Below are positions 8,410 through 16,034 of a stretch of 22,505 bases of DNA, one piece after another (the first letter of the stretch is position 1; each line of letters starts with the position of its first letter). This DNA is from Candidatus Thermofontivivens primus (lineage in GTDB: Bacteria > Sysuimicrobiota > Sysuimicrobiia > Sysuimicrobiales > Thermofontiviventaceae), in the NCBI GenBank assembly GCA_031458695.1, contig JAVKJW010000031.1, positions 1 through 22,505 of the forward strand, written 5' to 3'. Under the pieces are notes generated by a model. It saw only the letters and a program-made list of their open reading frames with translations, searched no databases and had not been told where the DNA came from. The position numbers and the translations under genes were made by a program.

Positions 8410-8489
8410 GTCTGCACGGTCTTCACCGTCTGCATGGTCAACATCATAACGACCGTGAAGACCCTGTAGACTGTGAAGACGGTGTAGAC
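8410..8489. repeat. Inverted array of 9-bp GTCTWCACG-like units forming a long imperfect hairpin
   Basis: Left arm gtctgcacg-gtcttcacc-gtctgcatg-gtc; loop aacatcataac; right arm gac-cgtgaagac-cctgtagac-tgtgaagac-ggtgtagac. Starts 6 bp past the tgt stop. Confidence 0.85.
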
Positions 8490-8495
8490 CGCGGA

Positions 8496-9611
8496 TCACC
8501 AAGGCGTGGTGTAGGACCGTAGGAACTCCTCCCTCCACTCCTGAAACCTCTCCTCGGCAATCACCCGCCGGATCTCCTCCATCAACTGGGAGAGGAAGTA
8601 CAGGTTGTGGAACGTGGTCAACCGAGGTCCCAGCATGTCCTCGACCTTGAAGAGGTGACGGATGTATGCCCGGGGGTATGTCTGGCAAACTTCGCAGGTG
8701 CAAGAGGGATCGAGAGGGGAGAAATCCTCCCGGTACATGGCGTTGCGCAGATTGATGCGACCGCGGCGGGTGAAGGCCACCCCTGTCCGTGCGACCCGCG
8801 TAGGGAGGACGCAATCGAAGAGGTCTACGCCCCGTGCGACGGCCTCGACGATCCCTGGTGGGGAGCCAACGCCCATAAGGTAGCGAGGGCGGTGCGGGGG
8901 AAGGACCTCCGTTACGGCCTCGACCAGTGCATAGGTCAGGGCGTGCGGCTCCCCCACGCTCAACCCGCCGATGCCATATCCGGGAAAGTCCATCGATGCC
9001 ACGGCTTTCGCAGCTTCCCGTCGGAGAGAGGGGGAGAACCCGCCCTGGACGATGGCAAAGAGGGCCTGATTCCCCCCTCGGTGATGACGCTGGGACCGCT
9101 CTACCCAGATCAGGGTCCGCCGTAGCTCTTCTTTTGCCTGGGTCTCATCCGCAGGGTATCCCAAGCAGACATCCAAGGGCATGGCGATATCTGATCCCAG
9201 AGCTTCCTGGATCTCCACCACCCGCTCGGGAGTCAAGAAGTGCTCGCTCCCATCGATGGGAGACCGGAAGAGAACGCCCTCATCGCTCAGGCGCCGTAGG
9301 TGGGCTAAGCTGAACACCTGGAACCCCCCACTATCGGTCAGGATCGCCCCCTCCCAGCGCATGAAGCGGTGCAAGCCGCCAGCGCGCTCGATGAGGTCAA
9401 CCCCGGGTCGGAGGTAGAGGTGGAGAGTATTCCCAAGGATGATCTGGACCCCCATCTCCCGGAGCTCCCTGGGCAACATCCCTCGCACCGCCCCCTGGGT
9501 CCCTACAGGCATAAAGGCAGGGGTCTCGATGGTCCCATGAGAAGTGATGAGGCGGCCCAGCCTTGCCCCAGTCTGCGAGGAACTCTTCAGCAATTCGAAG
9601 CGAATGGCCAT
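8496..9611 (-). CDS. tgt: tRNA-guanine(34) transglycosylase
   Basis: TPAFMPVGT, LTDSGGFQVFSL, LDVC, GGLSVGE, PRYLMGVG, FDCVLPTR, Zn site CTCEVC...H. Start ATG 9611 (in-frame GTG 9623 is an alternative). Confidence 0.98.
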   Translation of the reverse strand: MAIRFELLKSSSQTGARLGRLITSHGTIETPAFMPVGTQGAVRGMLPRELREMGVQIILGNTLHLYLRPGVDLIERAGGLHRFMRWEGAILTDSGGFQVFSLAHLRRLSDEGVLFRSPIDGSEHFLTPERVVEIQEALGSDIAMPLDVCLGYPADETQAKEELRRTLIWVERSQRHHRGGNQALFAIVQGGFSPSLRREAAKAVASMDFPGYGIGGLSVGEPHALTYALVEAVTEVLPPHRPRYLMGVGSPPGIVEAVARGVDLFDCVLPTRVARTGVAFTRRGRINLRNAMYREDFSPLDPSCTCEVCQTYPRAYIRHLFKVEDMLGPRLTTFHNLYFLSQLMEEIRRVIAEERFQEWREEFLRSYTTPW

Positions 9612-9628
9612 GGTGAAGTCCACGAAGG

Positions 9629-9657
9629 AGTATAGCACAGAGACCATATAGGGTCAT
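9629..9657 (-). promoter_or_regulatory. Candidate sigma70 promoter for tgt
   Basis: ATGACC (9657-9652), 17-bp spacer, TATACT (9634-9629), with an extended -10 TGc. Confidence 0.55.
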
Positions 9658-9725
9658 CTTCTATGGTCGTGGTGTCCGGCAAAAGCCCTTGGACTCTCCC
9701 CGGAGCCCCCTCCCAGAAGAGAATG

Positions 9726-9755
9726 TTGCATCGCCCTCGATGAAGTGTGTAGAAT
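9726..9755 (+). promoter_or_regulatory. Candidate sigma70 promoter for the plus-strand orphan gene
   Basis: TTGCAT (9726-9731), 18-bp spacer, TAGAAT (9750-9755). Confidence 0.55.
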
Positions 9756-9802
9756 GGCACATGGGTGTCTGGTGGGAAAGAAGGAATGAGGAGGGAAAGC
9801 GG

Positions 9803-10213
9803 ATGGACGAGGAGCGCAAGGAGGAGCAACCGCGAACGCCACCCGCGAGGGCAGTACGGGGAGAAGGAGCGCCACAGGCGGGGATTCCCGTTCCGGTTTC
9901 CTCGATAAACCCCGGAGGCGCACCTGCATCTGCCCCGCAGAATCCGAAAGTGACCGCCTTTGGCACCATTAACCAGGGGGTCGAGCTCCGGTTCGCAGAG
10001 AGCGAGGAGGCTACAATCAAGAAGCTCCTTGGGGGCCTCGGCCTCTACCAGAACCCCCTCCGGGCTGGAGCCTGGCAGATCGACTATCGCTACTTCGCCG
10101 AGGCCAAGAGGAGGTTAGAGGCTGCGGGGTATCAGGTGGAAGGACAGGATTTCATGGGCCGCCCGCTGGATCAGTGGGCTCCAGAGAAGAGGGGCTGGAC
10201 GCGTCTCGGTTAA
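9803..10213 (+). CDS. Hypothetical protein, 136 aa (disordered N-terminus plus small alpha/beta domain)
   Basis: Fills the queA-tgt gap; GAGGAGG RBS before ATG 9803; upstream promoter candidate; protein-like C-terminal half (GAWQIDYRYFAEAKRRLEAAGYQV). Family not recognised. Confidence 0.75.
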   Translation: MDEERKEEQPRTPPARAVRGEGAPQAGIPVPVSSINPGGAPASAPQNPKVTAFGTINQGVELRFAESEEATIKKLLGGLGLYQNPLRAGAWQIDYRYFAEAKRRLEAAGYQVEGQDFMGRPLDQWAPEKRGWTRLG

Positions 10214-10313
10214 TTCCCTCCCCTAGGGCATGGCGCCGCCATGCTCCTCCCTCTACTCCACCTCCTCATTGGGGTTCCCGGCCAAATCTAGGTAAACGGA
10301 TCCGCTGGGCTAT

Positions 10314-11345
10314 TTAAAGGATCAGCATCGCATCGCCGAAGCTCCCAAAGCGGTAGCGGTTCAGGATGGCCTCTTGGTACGCAGAGAAGATCAGGGCCCT
10401 TCCTGCGAATGCACAGACCAGCATGAGGAGCGTAGACTTGGGCAGGTGGAAGTTGGTCACAAGAGCATCCACGACCTTGAAGCGATAGCCTGGAAGGATG
10501 AAGAGATCTGTCCATCCTTTCCCGGGGCGGACCCTCCCCGCTTCATCGGCCACGGATTCCAGCGTCCTCACGGTGGAGGTTCCTATGGCAATGACCTTCC
10601 CTCCAGCGCAGCGGGCCTCATTGATCTTTTCCGCAGCCTCCTCGCTCACTTCATAGGCTTCCGGCATCATGCGGTGGCGGGTTACTTCCTCTACGCGCAC
10701 TGGGAGGAACGTCCCAGGCCCGATGTGGAGCGTCACCGGGACGATCTTGACCCCACTCGCCTCGATCCGTGAGAGAAGGCTCGGGGTAAAGTGGCGTCCT
10801 GCTGTGGGGGCGGCCACTGAACCGTTTCGCCTAGCATACACCGTCTGGTACTCCTCGGGATCCCTGATGGGGACGTGGATGTAAGGAGGGACCGGTACCT
10901 CCCCAATCTCGTGAAGAAGGGAAAGAAGGGGACGGGGAGCCTGGAACTCCACCACCCACCCCTCCCCGTCCCGTTCCCGTAATATGGCAGTGATTCCTCC
11001 CCGGAGGCGGACCCGGGTACCCTCACGTACCCTCTTGCCGCGCACCAGGGCCTTCCACACTTCCCCTTCCGAGGAGGCTTCGAGGGCCTGGAAGATCAGC
11101 ACTTCCACCCGCCCACCGGTCCCCTCCTTCTCCCCCCGTAAGCGAGCGGGGATCACACGGGTGTCGTTGATCACCAGGACATCTCCCGGGCGAAGGTACT
11201 CCACCACCTGGGAAAAGATCCGGTGCTCTAAAGAGCCCGTGTGCCGGTGGACGACCAGCAGCCTGGAAGTATCCCGAGGCTCTATAGGCTGCTGGGCGAT
11301 GAGCTCTTCTGGAAGAGAATAGTCAAACTCTGACAGGGAAACCAT
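10314..11345 (-). CDS. queA: S-adenosylmethionine:tRNA ribosyltransferase-isomerase
   Basis: FDYSLPEELIAQ, VINDTRVIPARL, PVPPYI, YQTVYA, GSVAAPTAG, TLHIGPGTF, TNFHLPKSTL, GDAMLI. Confidence 0.98.
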   Translation of the reverse strand: MVSLSEFDYSLPEELIAQQPIEPRDTSRLLVVHRHTGSLEHRIFSQVVEYLRPGDVLVINDTRVIPARLRGEKEGTGGRVEVLIFQALEASSEGEVWKALVRGKRVREGTRVRLRGGITAILRERDGEGWVVEFQAPRPLLSLLHEIGEVPVPPYIHVPIRDPEEYQTVYARRNGSVAAPTAGRHFTPSLLSRIEASGVKIVPVTLHIGPGTFLPVRVEEVTRHRMMPEAYEVSEEAAEKINEARCAGGKVIAIGTSTVRTLESVADEAGRVRPGKGWTDLFILPGYRFKVVDALVTNFHLPKSTLLMLVCAFAGRALIFSAYQEAILNRYRFGSFGDAMLIL

Positions 11346-11408
11346 TCCTTTCCAAGGACCACCCCCACTTCAGTGGCAGCGAGATCTCGCCAAGCGAAGC
11401 TGCTCGCG

Positions 11409-11891
11409 CTACTTCTTCCCGAGGAGGTTTTCCAGGAACTCCTCGTGACGCACCTCATCGGCGAGGAGTTCCGTAGCCAAGTGGTAGGTGACAGGATCTT
11501 TGCCAAAAGTCAGCTTGGCGAGGCGATTGTAGGCCTCGATGGCTCCTGCCTCTGCCTTGATCTGGTCCTCGACCATCCCCTCGGCGTCCGTCCGGTCCGC
11601 GCGCGGGCTGGTGAATGGAGCGTTTGCCCCAGCCTCCCAGTCCTTAGGATGAACGACCGGGTCGCCACCGAGCTCCAGGATGCGGTTGGCCAGCTTCTCC
11701 GCGTGTCCTAGCTCCTCCATGGCTTCCTGCTTGAAGTGCTCAGTGAGCTCTTCACCATGGAACCCTTCCGCAACGATGGCGGTGATCCAGTAGGAGTAGA
11801 AGGCCATGAGCTCATCCAGGTAGGCTTTCTTGAGCTCGTTAATCACCGTGTTCACGTCAACTTCCAGAATGGAGCGCCCCTTCGTTCCCAT
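11409..11891 (-). CDS. Ferritin-like protein, DPS-like (DPSL)/bacterioferritin-related
   Basis: Four-helix di-iron pattern AYLDE, EELGH, KAE, DEVRHE; RILELGG; GKDPVTY; GGAGG RBS. Confidence 0.9.
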   Translation of the reverse strand: MGTKGRSILEVDVNTVINELKKAYLDELMAFYSYWITAIVAEGFHGEELTEHFKQEAMEELGHAEKLANRILELGGDPVVHPKDWEAGANAPFTSPRADRTDAEGMVEDQIKAEAGAIEAYNRLAKLTFGKDPVTYHLATELLADEVRHEEFLENLLGKK

Positions 11892-11953
11892 TGTCCATCC
11901 CTCCTTTGAAGTGGTTTGATGAGGTTACACGCGGAGCGGGTGCAGAGAAGCTC

Positions 11954-11976
11954 CACATGCTCTAGTATAGCATGTG
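11954..11976 (-). promoter_or_regulatory. Extended -10 element (TGcTATACT) inside an 8-bp inverted repeat upstream of the ferritin-like gene
   Basis: cacatgct-N7-agcatgtg; TATACT at 11969-11964 on the minus strand. Confidence 0.5.
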
Positions 11977-11981
11977 CTGTC

Positions 11982-12009
11982 CGCGAATCATCTAGCGCGA
12001 ATCATCTAG
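11982..12009. repeat. Perfect 14-bp tandem direct repeat (cgcgaatcatctag x2)
   Basis: Copies at 11982-11995 and 11996-12009; the second includes the spoIID-like stop codon. Confidence 0.9.
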
Positions 12010-13235
12010 TTCGAGATGGTGAGTGCGCGGATGGGCAATACGGAAATTCCCTGGTAGTAGTAGGTGAGGATCTCTTCGAATGTGCGACCAGAAATGGCCA
12101 TGTTCCTCGCGCTCCACTGAGGAAGACCCACACCATGCCCCCATCCACTCCCTCTGAATTCCACCGCAGGACCTACCTCCCCGGGAAGGGGAAGGATGGT
12201 GAACTTCGTGCTCCGCAGGAGATCATACCCAAGGGCCCTCCGCAACTGCTCCCCAGAGATCTCCCCATTTCCACGAGCGGCCGTGATGCGGACCCTCGTG
12301 ACCCGGCCCGAGGGACTCCGTTGCACTGGCTCAATCCGCTCGATCCCCTCGAAGCTGAACCCCTGGCGGCGCAGGCGTTCTTCGATCTCCTGGAGGCTCA
12401 TGCGGAGTGACCACTGGCTATAGGGGGAGTCCCCGCTGTAGGGATCGGGAATCCCGCGCAGGTAAGGATAGAACCTCCCCCAGACGTACTCGCTGTCCTC
12501 CGTGTGCCCACCGGAGTCTGCGTGATAGACGGCGTTGATGGGCCGCCCCTGGGAGGAAAGAATGAGGCCCCGCGTCGCGTCTACCGCTTGTGTCGTCAGC
12601 GGATCCTCAGCATTGATCCCGGCGTACACCTGGCTCTCCACAGTGTCACGCACATCGTACCCTTCCTCCCTGTACCGGCCCTGCTGGATCAGGTAAACGG
12701 CGAGGGTCCTAGCCGCCACTGCCTGGGCCTTGAGGGCTTCCATGGGCCAAGTGGGGGAGATTTCCATCTTGAGGACGCCATACAAGTATTCCTCCAGGTC
12801 CACCTCGTTGATCAGGGTCAACCGGAGCCCCGCGGGATCCCTGCGGACGAGGAAGTTCCCCCGATAGGCGCGGGACTTGAAGGTCATCCTCGTGCCAGGG
12901 GAGGGAAGGAACCGCACGACAGGCCCAAGCGGCCCGATCCCAGAGATTTCCAGCCCCTTGGCAATCGGGAAGATCACCCAACGCCCACCTCCCAGGTGCC
13001 TTCGCTCCCCTGAGGTCACGTCCTCTACATCCACAGGTCCCGCTGCGCCTACCTCCACGACGGGCTGGTTGACGGCGAGGCCCACGCGCACCATGAGAAA
13101 GGGAGAGCCTGCGTTCTCCTGCGCCGAACTAGGGGAGGGGAGAGGGATCGCGCTGAAGAGGATGATCAAGGCGGCCTGGACTATCCAGGCCTTCCACATT
13201 GCGCGCGTTTCCCCCATTTCCCCCTGGGAACCCAT
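12006..13235 (-). CDS. SpoIID/LytB domain peptidoglycan lytic protein
   Basis: Signal peptide; EEYLYGVLKME, EALKAQAVAART, SQVYAG, YHADSGGHTE, LRSTKF, GWGHGVGLPQW, EEILTYYYQG. True start may be ATG 13199 or 13217. Confidence 0.93.
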   Translation of the reverse strand: MGSQGEMGETRAMWKAWIVQAALIILFSAIPLPSPSSAQENAGSPFLMVRVGLAVNQPVVEVGAAGPVDVEDVTSGERRHLGGGRWVIFPIAKGLEISGIGPLGPVVRFLPSPGTRMTFKSRAYRGNFLVRRDPAGLRLTLINEVDLEEYLYGVLKMEISPTWPMEALKAQAVAARTLAVYLIQQGRYREEGYDVRDTVESQVYAGINAEDPLTTQAVDATRGLILSSQGRPINAVYHADSGGHTEDSEYVWGRFYPYLRGIPDPYSGDSPYSQWSLRMSLQEIEERLRRQGFSFEGIERIEPVQRSPSGRVTRVRITAARGNGEISGEQLRRALGYDLLRSTKFTILPLPGEVGPAVEFRGSGWGHGVGLPQWSARNMAISGRTFEEILTYYYQGISVLPIRALTISN

Positions 13236-13240
13236 CGGCT

Positions 13241-13468
13241 TTACCTGCGGGCAAAGAAGAAGAGATTGAGAAGGAGCGTGAGAAGCACGCTCAGGAGGAG
13301 TCCAGTCGCCAAGGGGAAGTAGAATACGAAGTTCCCCCGTTGGATGTAGATGTCCCCTGGCAACCTGGGGAGGTGCAACCGTCCTGCAAAGGTTACAGCC
13401 AGCCCCATCACCACAAGGAGGACGCCAAAAAAGATCAACATCCTGCCAAAAGGAGCAAGTTCTGTCAC
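13241..13468 (-). CDS. DUF2905 family small membrane protein
   Basis: RLPGDIYIQRGNFVFYFPLATGLLLS motif, two TM segments; usual position after ruvB. Confidence 0.9.
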   Translation of the reverse strand: MTELAPFGRMLIFFGVLLVVMGLAVTFAGRLHLPRLPGDIYIQRGNFVFYFPLATGLLLSVLLTLLLNLFFFARR

Positions 13469-13487
13469 CTCATCTCACCCCTCATGT

Positions 13488-13515
13488 ATTATACCGGGAA
13501 CCGGCTGCGCGCGAA
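13488..13515 (-). promoter_or_regulatory. Candidate sigma70 promoter for DUF2905-spoIID
   Basis: Perfect TATAAT (13493-13488); weak -35 TTCGCG with a 16-bp spacer. Confidence 0.5.
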
Positions 13516-13529
13516 GAGAGAAGGAAGAC

Positions 13530-14579
13530 TCACCATAACTGCCCCTGCGCTTTTCCGTCTCCTTGCTTCGAGGGAAGGCTCATGCCGAGGTGTTCGTAGG
13601 CGAGGGTCGTTGCACGGCGTCCTGCAGGGGTTCTGGTGAGGAGGGCGATCTTCAACAGGTAGGGTTCCACGACCTCCACGAGGGTGTCCACCTCCTCGTT
13701 GAGGGTGGCTGCGAGGGCTTCGATCCCCACGGGTCCGCCTCCGTAGACTTCGATGATGGTGCGCAGGAGCTCCCTGTCCAGGCTGTCGAGGCCGAGATGG
13801 TCCACTCCTTCGAAGTCCAGCGCTTCCCGGGCGATCGGCTCCGTGATCACGCCGTTCCCTTTCACCTGCGCGTAGTCCCGCACCCTCCGCAACAGGCGGT
13901 TGGCAATCCGCGGGGTCCCTCGGGATCTGCGGGCAATCTCCCACGCTCCTCCCTCCTCGATGGGTACCTCGAGGATTGCCGCCGATCGTTTGACGATCAA
14001 CATCAACTCTTCGGGGGAGAAGAAGTCGAGGTGATGGGTGATACCAAAGCGCTCCCGCAGCGGAGAGGAGAGCAATCCTGCCCTGGTGGTCGCACCCACA
14101 AGCGTGAAAGGTTTGAGGGAGTACCGCAGGGTTCGAGCGTGGACCCCCTTGTCCAGTACAAAGTTGACGCAGAAGTCTTCCATTGCCGGGTACAGGAGCT
14201 CTTCTACTGCACGCGGCAGGCGATGGATCTCGTCGATGAACAGGATGTCTCCTTCTTCCAGGTTGGTCAAGATCCCCATCAAGTCACCGCCACGCTCCAG
14301 GGCAGGCCCGGAGGTGGTCACGATATTGGTTCCCATCTCCGCGGAGATCACATTGGCAAGCGTGGTCTTTCCAAGACCTGGCGGCCCGTGGAGGAGGACA
14401 TGGTCGAGGGGTTCGCCGCGCTGCTTCGCCGCCTGGATCGAGATGCGCAGCCCCTCAATGACCTTCCTCTGCCCAATGCATTCGTCCAGGGTTCGCGGCC
14501 TGAGACTCCTGATAAATCGCTCCTCCTCACCCCCTGCGGGCATGGATTGGCGTGCAAGACTAGGACGCTCCCTTTGCAT
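13530..14579 (-). CDS. ruvB: Holliday junction branch migration helicase RuvB
   Basis: [58 protein letters not shown]. Confidence 0.98.
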   Translation of the reverse strand: MQRERPSLARQSMPAGGEEERFIRSLRPRTLDECIGQRKVIEGLRISIQAAKQRGEPLDHVLLHGPPGLGKTTLANVISAEMGTNIVTTSGPALERGGDLMGILTNLEEGDILFIDEIHRLPRAVEELLYPAMEDFCVNFVLDKGVHARTLRYSLKPFTLVGATTRAGLLSSPLRERFGITHHLDFFSPEELMLIVKRSAAILEVPIEEGGAWEIARRSRGTPRIANRLLRRVRDYAQVKGNGVITEPIAREALDFEGVDHLGLDSLDRELLRTIIEVYGGGPVGIEALAATLNEEVDTLVEVVEPYLLKIALLTRTPAGRRATTLAYEHLGMSLPSKQGDGKAQGQLW

Positions 14580-15204
14580 GCGCCTCGCCCCTCCTCTTGA
14601 CTTTGTAGATCTCCTGGAGGAGTTCTTCCGTGGTCTCGATGCGCGGGTTGCGAGCCATGGCCTCCTCGACCATCTTTCGTGCCTCCTGGGTGCGGTGCCC
14701 GAGTTGCTTGGTCAGGATCTCGATGGCCTCCTCCCGGATGTCCGCCGGCGTGGGCGGAACCAGGGTCTCCTCTTGGAGCAAGGCGAATTTCGCCATCTTC
14801 CCATGCAGACTGGCCACGATCTTCTCCGCAGTCCTCCCTCCGATCCCTGGCAAATGGCGCAGGAAGTCCACATCCTTCCGCTCAACTGCGTCAGCGATCT
14901 CGTGGATGGGGCGCACGATTGCCCGTAGGGCCTTGAGCGGTCCGAGGCCATCGACGGTGATGAACCGCTCGAAGAATTCCTGCTCAGCTTCCCGCAGGAA
15001 CCCGACGAGCAAAGGTCGTGGCTGGTTGGGGGTCACATGGTAGGAGATGAACAGCTCGATTACCTCCCCTTCGGGAGAGGGGGTGGGCTTTAGGTGTTGG
15101 GCCACAACTGCCGGGAGGTGCACTTCGTACCCTACGCCGCCGGCCTCCACTACCACGGTCTCCTCGGTCCTGCGCACGAGCCGTCCCCGTAGGTAGGCGA
15201 TCAC
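14560..15204 (-). CDS. ruvA: Holliday junction branch migration protein RuvA (divergent)
   Basis: GTG start at 15204 (GTGA overlap with ruvC); [16 protein letters not shown], HhH motifs VDGLGP and [12 protein letters not shown]. Confidence 0.93.
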   Translation of the reverse strand: MIAYLRGRLVRRTEETVVVEAGGVGYEVHLPAVVAQHLKPTPSPEGEVIELFISYHVTPNQPRPLLVGFLREAEQEFFERFITVDGLGPLKALRAIVRPIHEIADAVERKDVDFLRHLPGIGGRTAEKIVASLHGKMAKFALLQEETLVPPTPADIREEAIEILTKQLGHRTQEARKMVEEAMARNPRIETTEELLQEIYKVKRRGEAHAKGAS

Positions 15205-15707
15205 ACTCGCACCTCCTCCCAACAGGGAACAAGGCGTACCCCTTGGCGAGAGAGGGCTGTCAACGCGACAGCCAGGGCATCCGCCACGTGGGTAGGTGGG
15301 GGTTCTGGCAATACCATGAACCTCTGCACCGCCCGCTGGACCTGGACTTTGCTCGCCCTCCCGTTTCCCACAAGGGCCCTCTTGATCTCCGCAGGAGGGA
15401 GGGAAGCCACCTGTACCCCACGCTCTGCACTTGCTAGGCAAATGACGCCACGCACGTGTCCGAGGAGAAGCGCGGCCTTCGGATAATGGTGGTGGCTGAA
15501 GAGGTCCTCCATGGCCACGAGATCAAGGGGAACCTCCCAGAGGACCCGTTTGACCTGGTGATAAAGTTCCCACAAGCGCTCCTCCAGGGCTCCAGGGCGT
15601 GGTCGAATGACTCCTTTCTGCAACAGGCGGATCCCCTCCCTATCCCCAGAAACCAGGGCGTAGCCTGTCGCCTGCAGACCAGGGTCTATGCCAAGGACGG
15701 TCTTCAT
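15201..15707 (-). CDS. ruvC: Crossover junction endodeoxyribonuclease RuvC
   Basis: VLGIDPG, VAMEDLF, GNGRASKVQV, HVADALAVA. Confidence 0.97.
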   Translation of the reverse strand: MKTVLGIDPGLQATGYALVSGDREGIRLLQKGVIRPRPGALEERLWELYHQVKRVLWEVPLDLVAMEDLFSHHHYPKAALLLGHVRGVICLASAERGVQVASLPPAEIKRALVGNGRASKVQVQRAVQRFMVLPEPPPTHVADALAVALTALSRQGVRLVPCWEEVRV

Positions 15708-15749
15708 AGTCTACACGGTCTTCACGGTCTACACGGTCTTCACGGTCTC
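15697..15749. repeat. Tandem array of 9-bp units alternating GTCTTCACG/GTCTACACG
   Basis: acg-gtcttcata-gtctacacg-gtcttcacg-gtctacacg-gtcttcacg-gtctc; same unit as 8410-8489; overlaps the ruvC start codon. Confidence 0.92.
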
Positions 15750-16002
15750 AGCAATCAACCGTGGGGGTTGGGACCGATAAAGTGTTCGATTCAATTCGTG
15801 ACATTCCTCCAGGGGGAGAACCGGTCCACAGGGGCGAGCCGGATCAACGGGAATCACAGAACCTGAAACTCCTAAGCCGCAAGTTGAGCTTCCTCCACGG
15901 ACAAGCCAGATCACCATCAGTCAAATCCCCAAGGGTGTAGGATGCCACAACATGCTTTACATAGGGGAGACCATCAGTGAGGGGTACCTTCTACACGGAG
16001 CG

Positions 16003-16028
16003 CGGCAAAAGGCTTTGGACTTTTGCCG
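16003..16028 (-). terminator. Stem-loop just downstream of yebC (terminator-like or stabilising hairpin)
   Basis: 9-bp stem cggcaaaag/cttttgccg with an 8-nt loop, 6 bp after the stop; no clear U-tract beyond the stem. Confidence 0.45.
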
Positions 16029-16034
16029 GGCTAC

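Noticed and set aside
10228..10244. 7-bp hairpin gcatggc-gcc-gccatgc between the convergent orphan and queA
   Set aside because: Could assist termination, but it has a 3-nt loop and no U-tract on either strand.
11346..11408. Possible preQ1 riboswitch before queA; 12-bp palindrome gcgagatctcgc at 11379-11390
   Set aside because: No preQ1 stem/A-rich tail pattern; the palindrome alone has no supporting context.
13563..14928. Long plus-strand ORFs antisense to ruvB (also 2671-3657, 4185-5189, 18315-19355, 19783-21075)
   Set aside because: Typical shadow ORFs of GC-rich coding sequence, with no family motifs.
15697..15749. CRISPR array interpretation of the repeats
   Set aside because: Units are 9 bp, contiguous and have no unique spacers; no cas genes are in the window.
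15456..15866. Plus-strand ORF with LHGLHGLHG repeats (similar LHG text in ORFs at 8287-8814 and 8337-8522)
   Set aside because: This is just the translation of the 9-bp DNA repeat. The ORFs overlap ruvC or tgt and have no other protein-like features.
15729..15917. 62-aa minus-strand ORF in the yebC-ruvC gap
   Set aside because: No recognisable motif, weak RBS, and it ends inside the repeat array.
15905..15990. Fluoride-riboswitch-like words (GATGG...CCTAC) on the minus strand, and a 9-bp direct repeat accatcagt
   Set aside because: The required pseudoknot pairing is not satisfied and no fluoride-related gene follows; a single 9-bp repeat could arise by chance.
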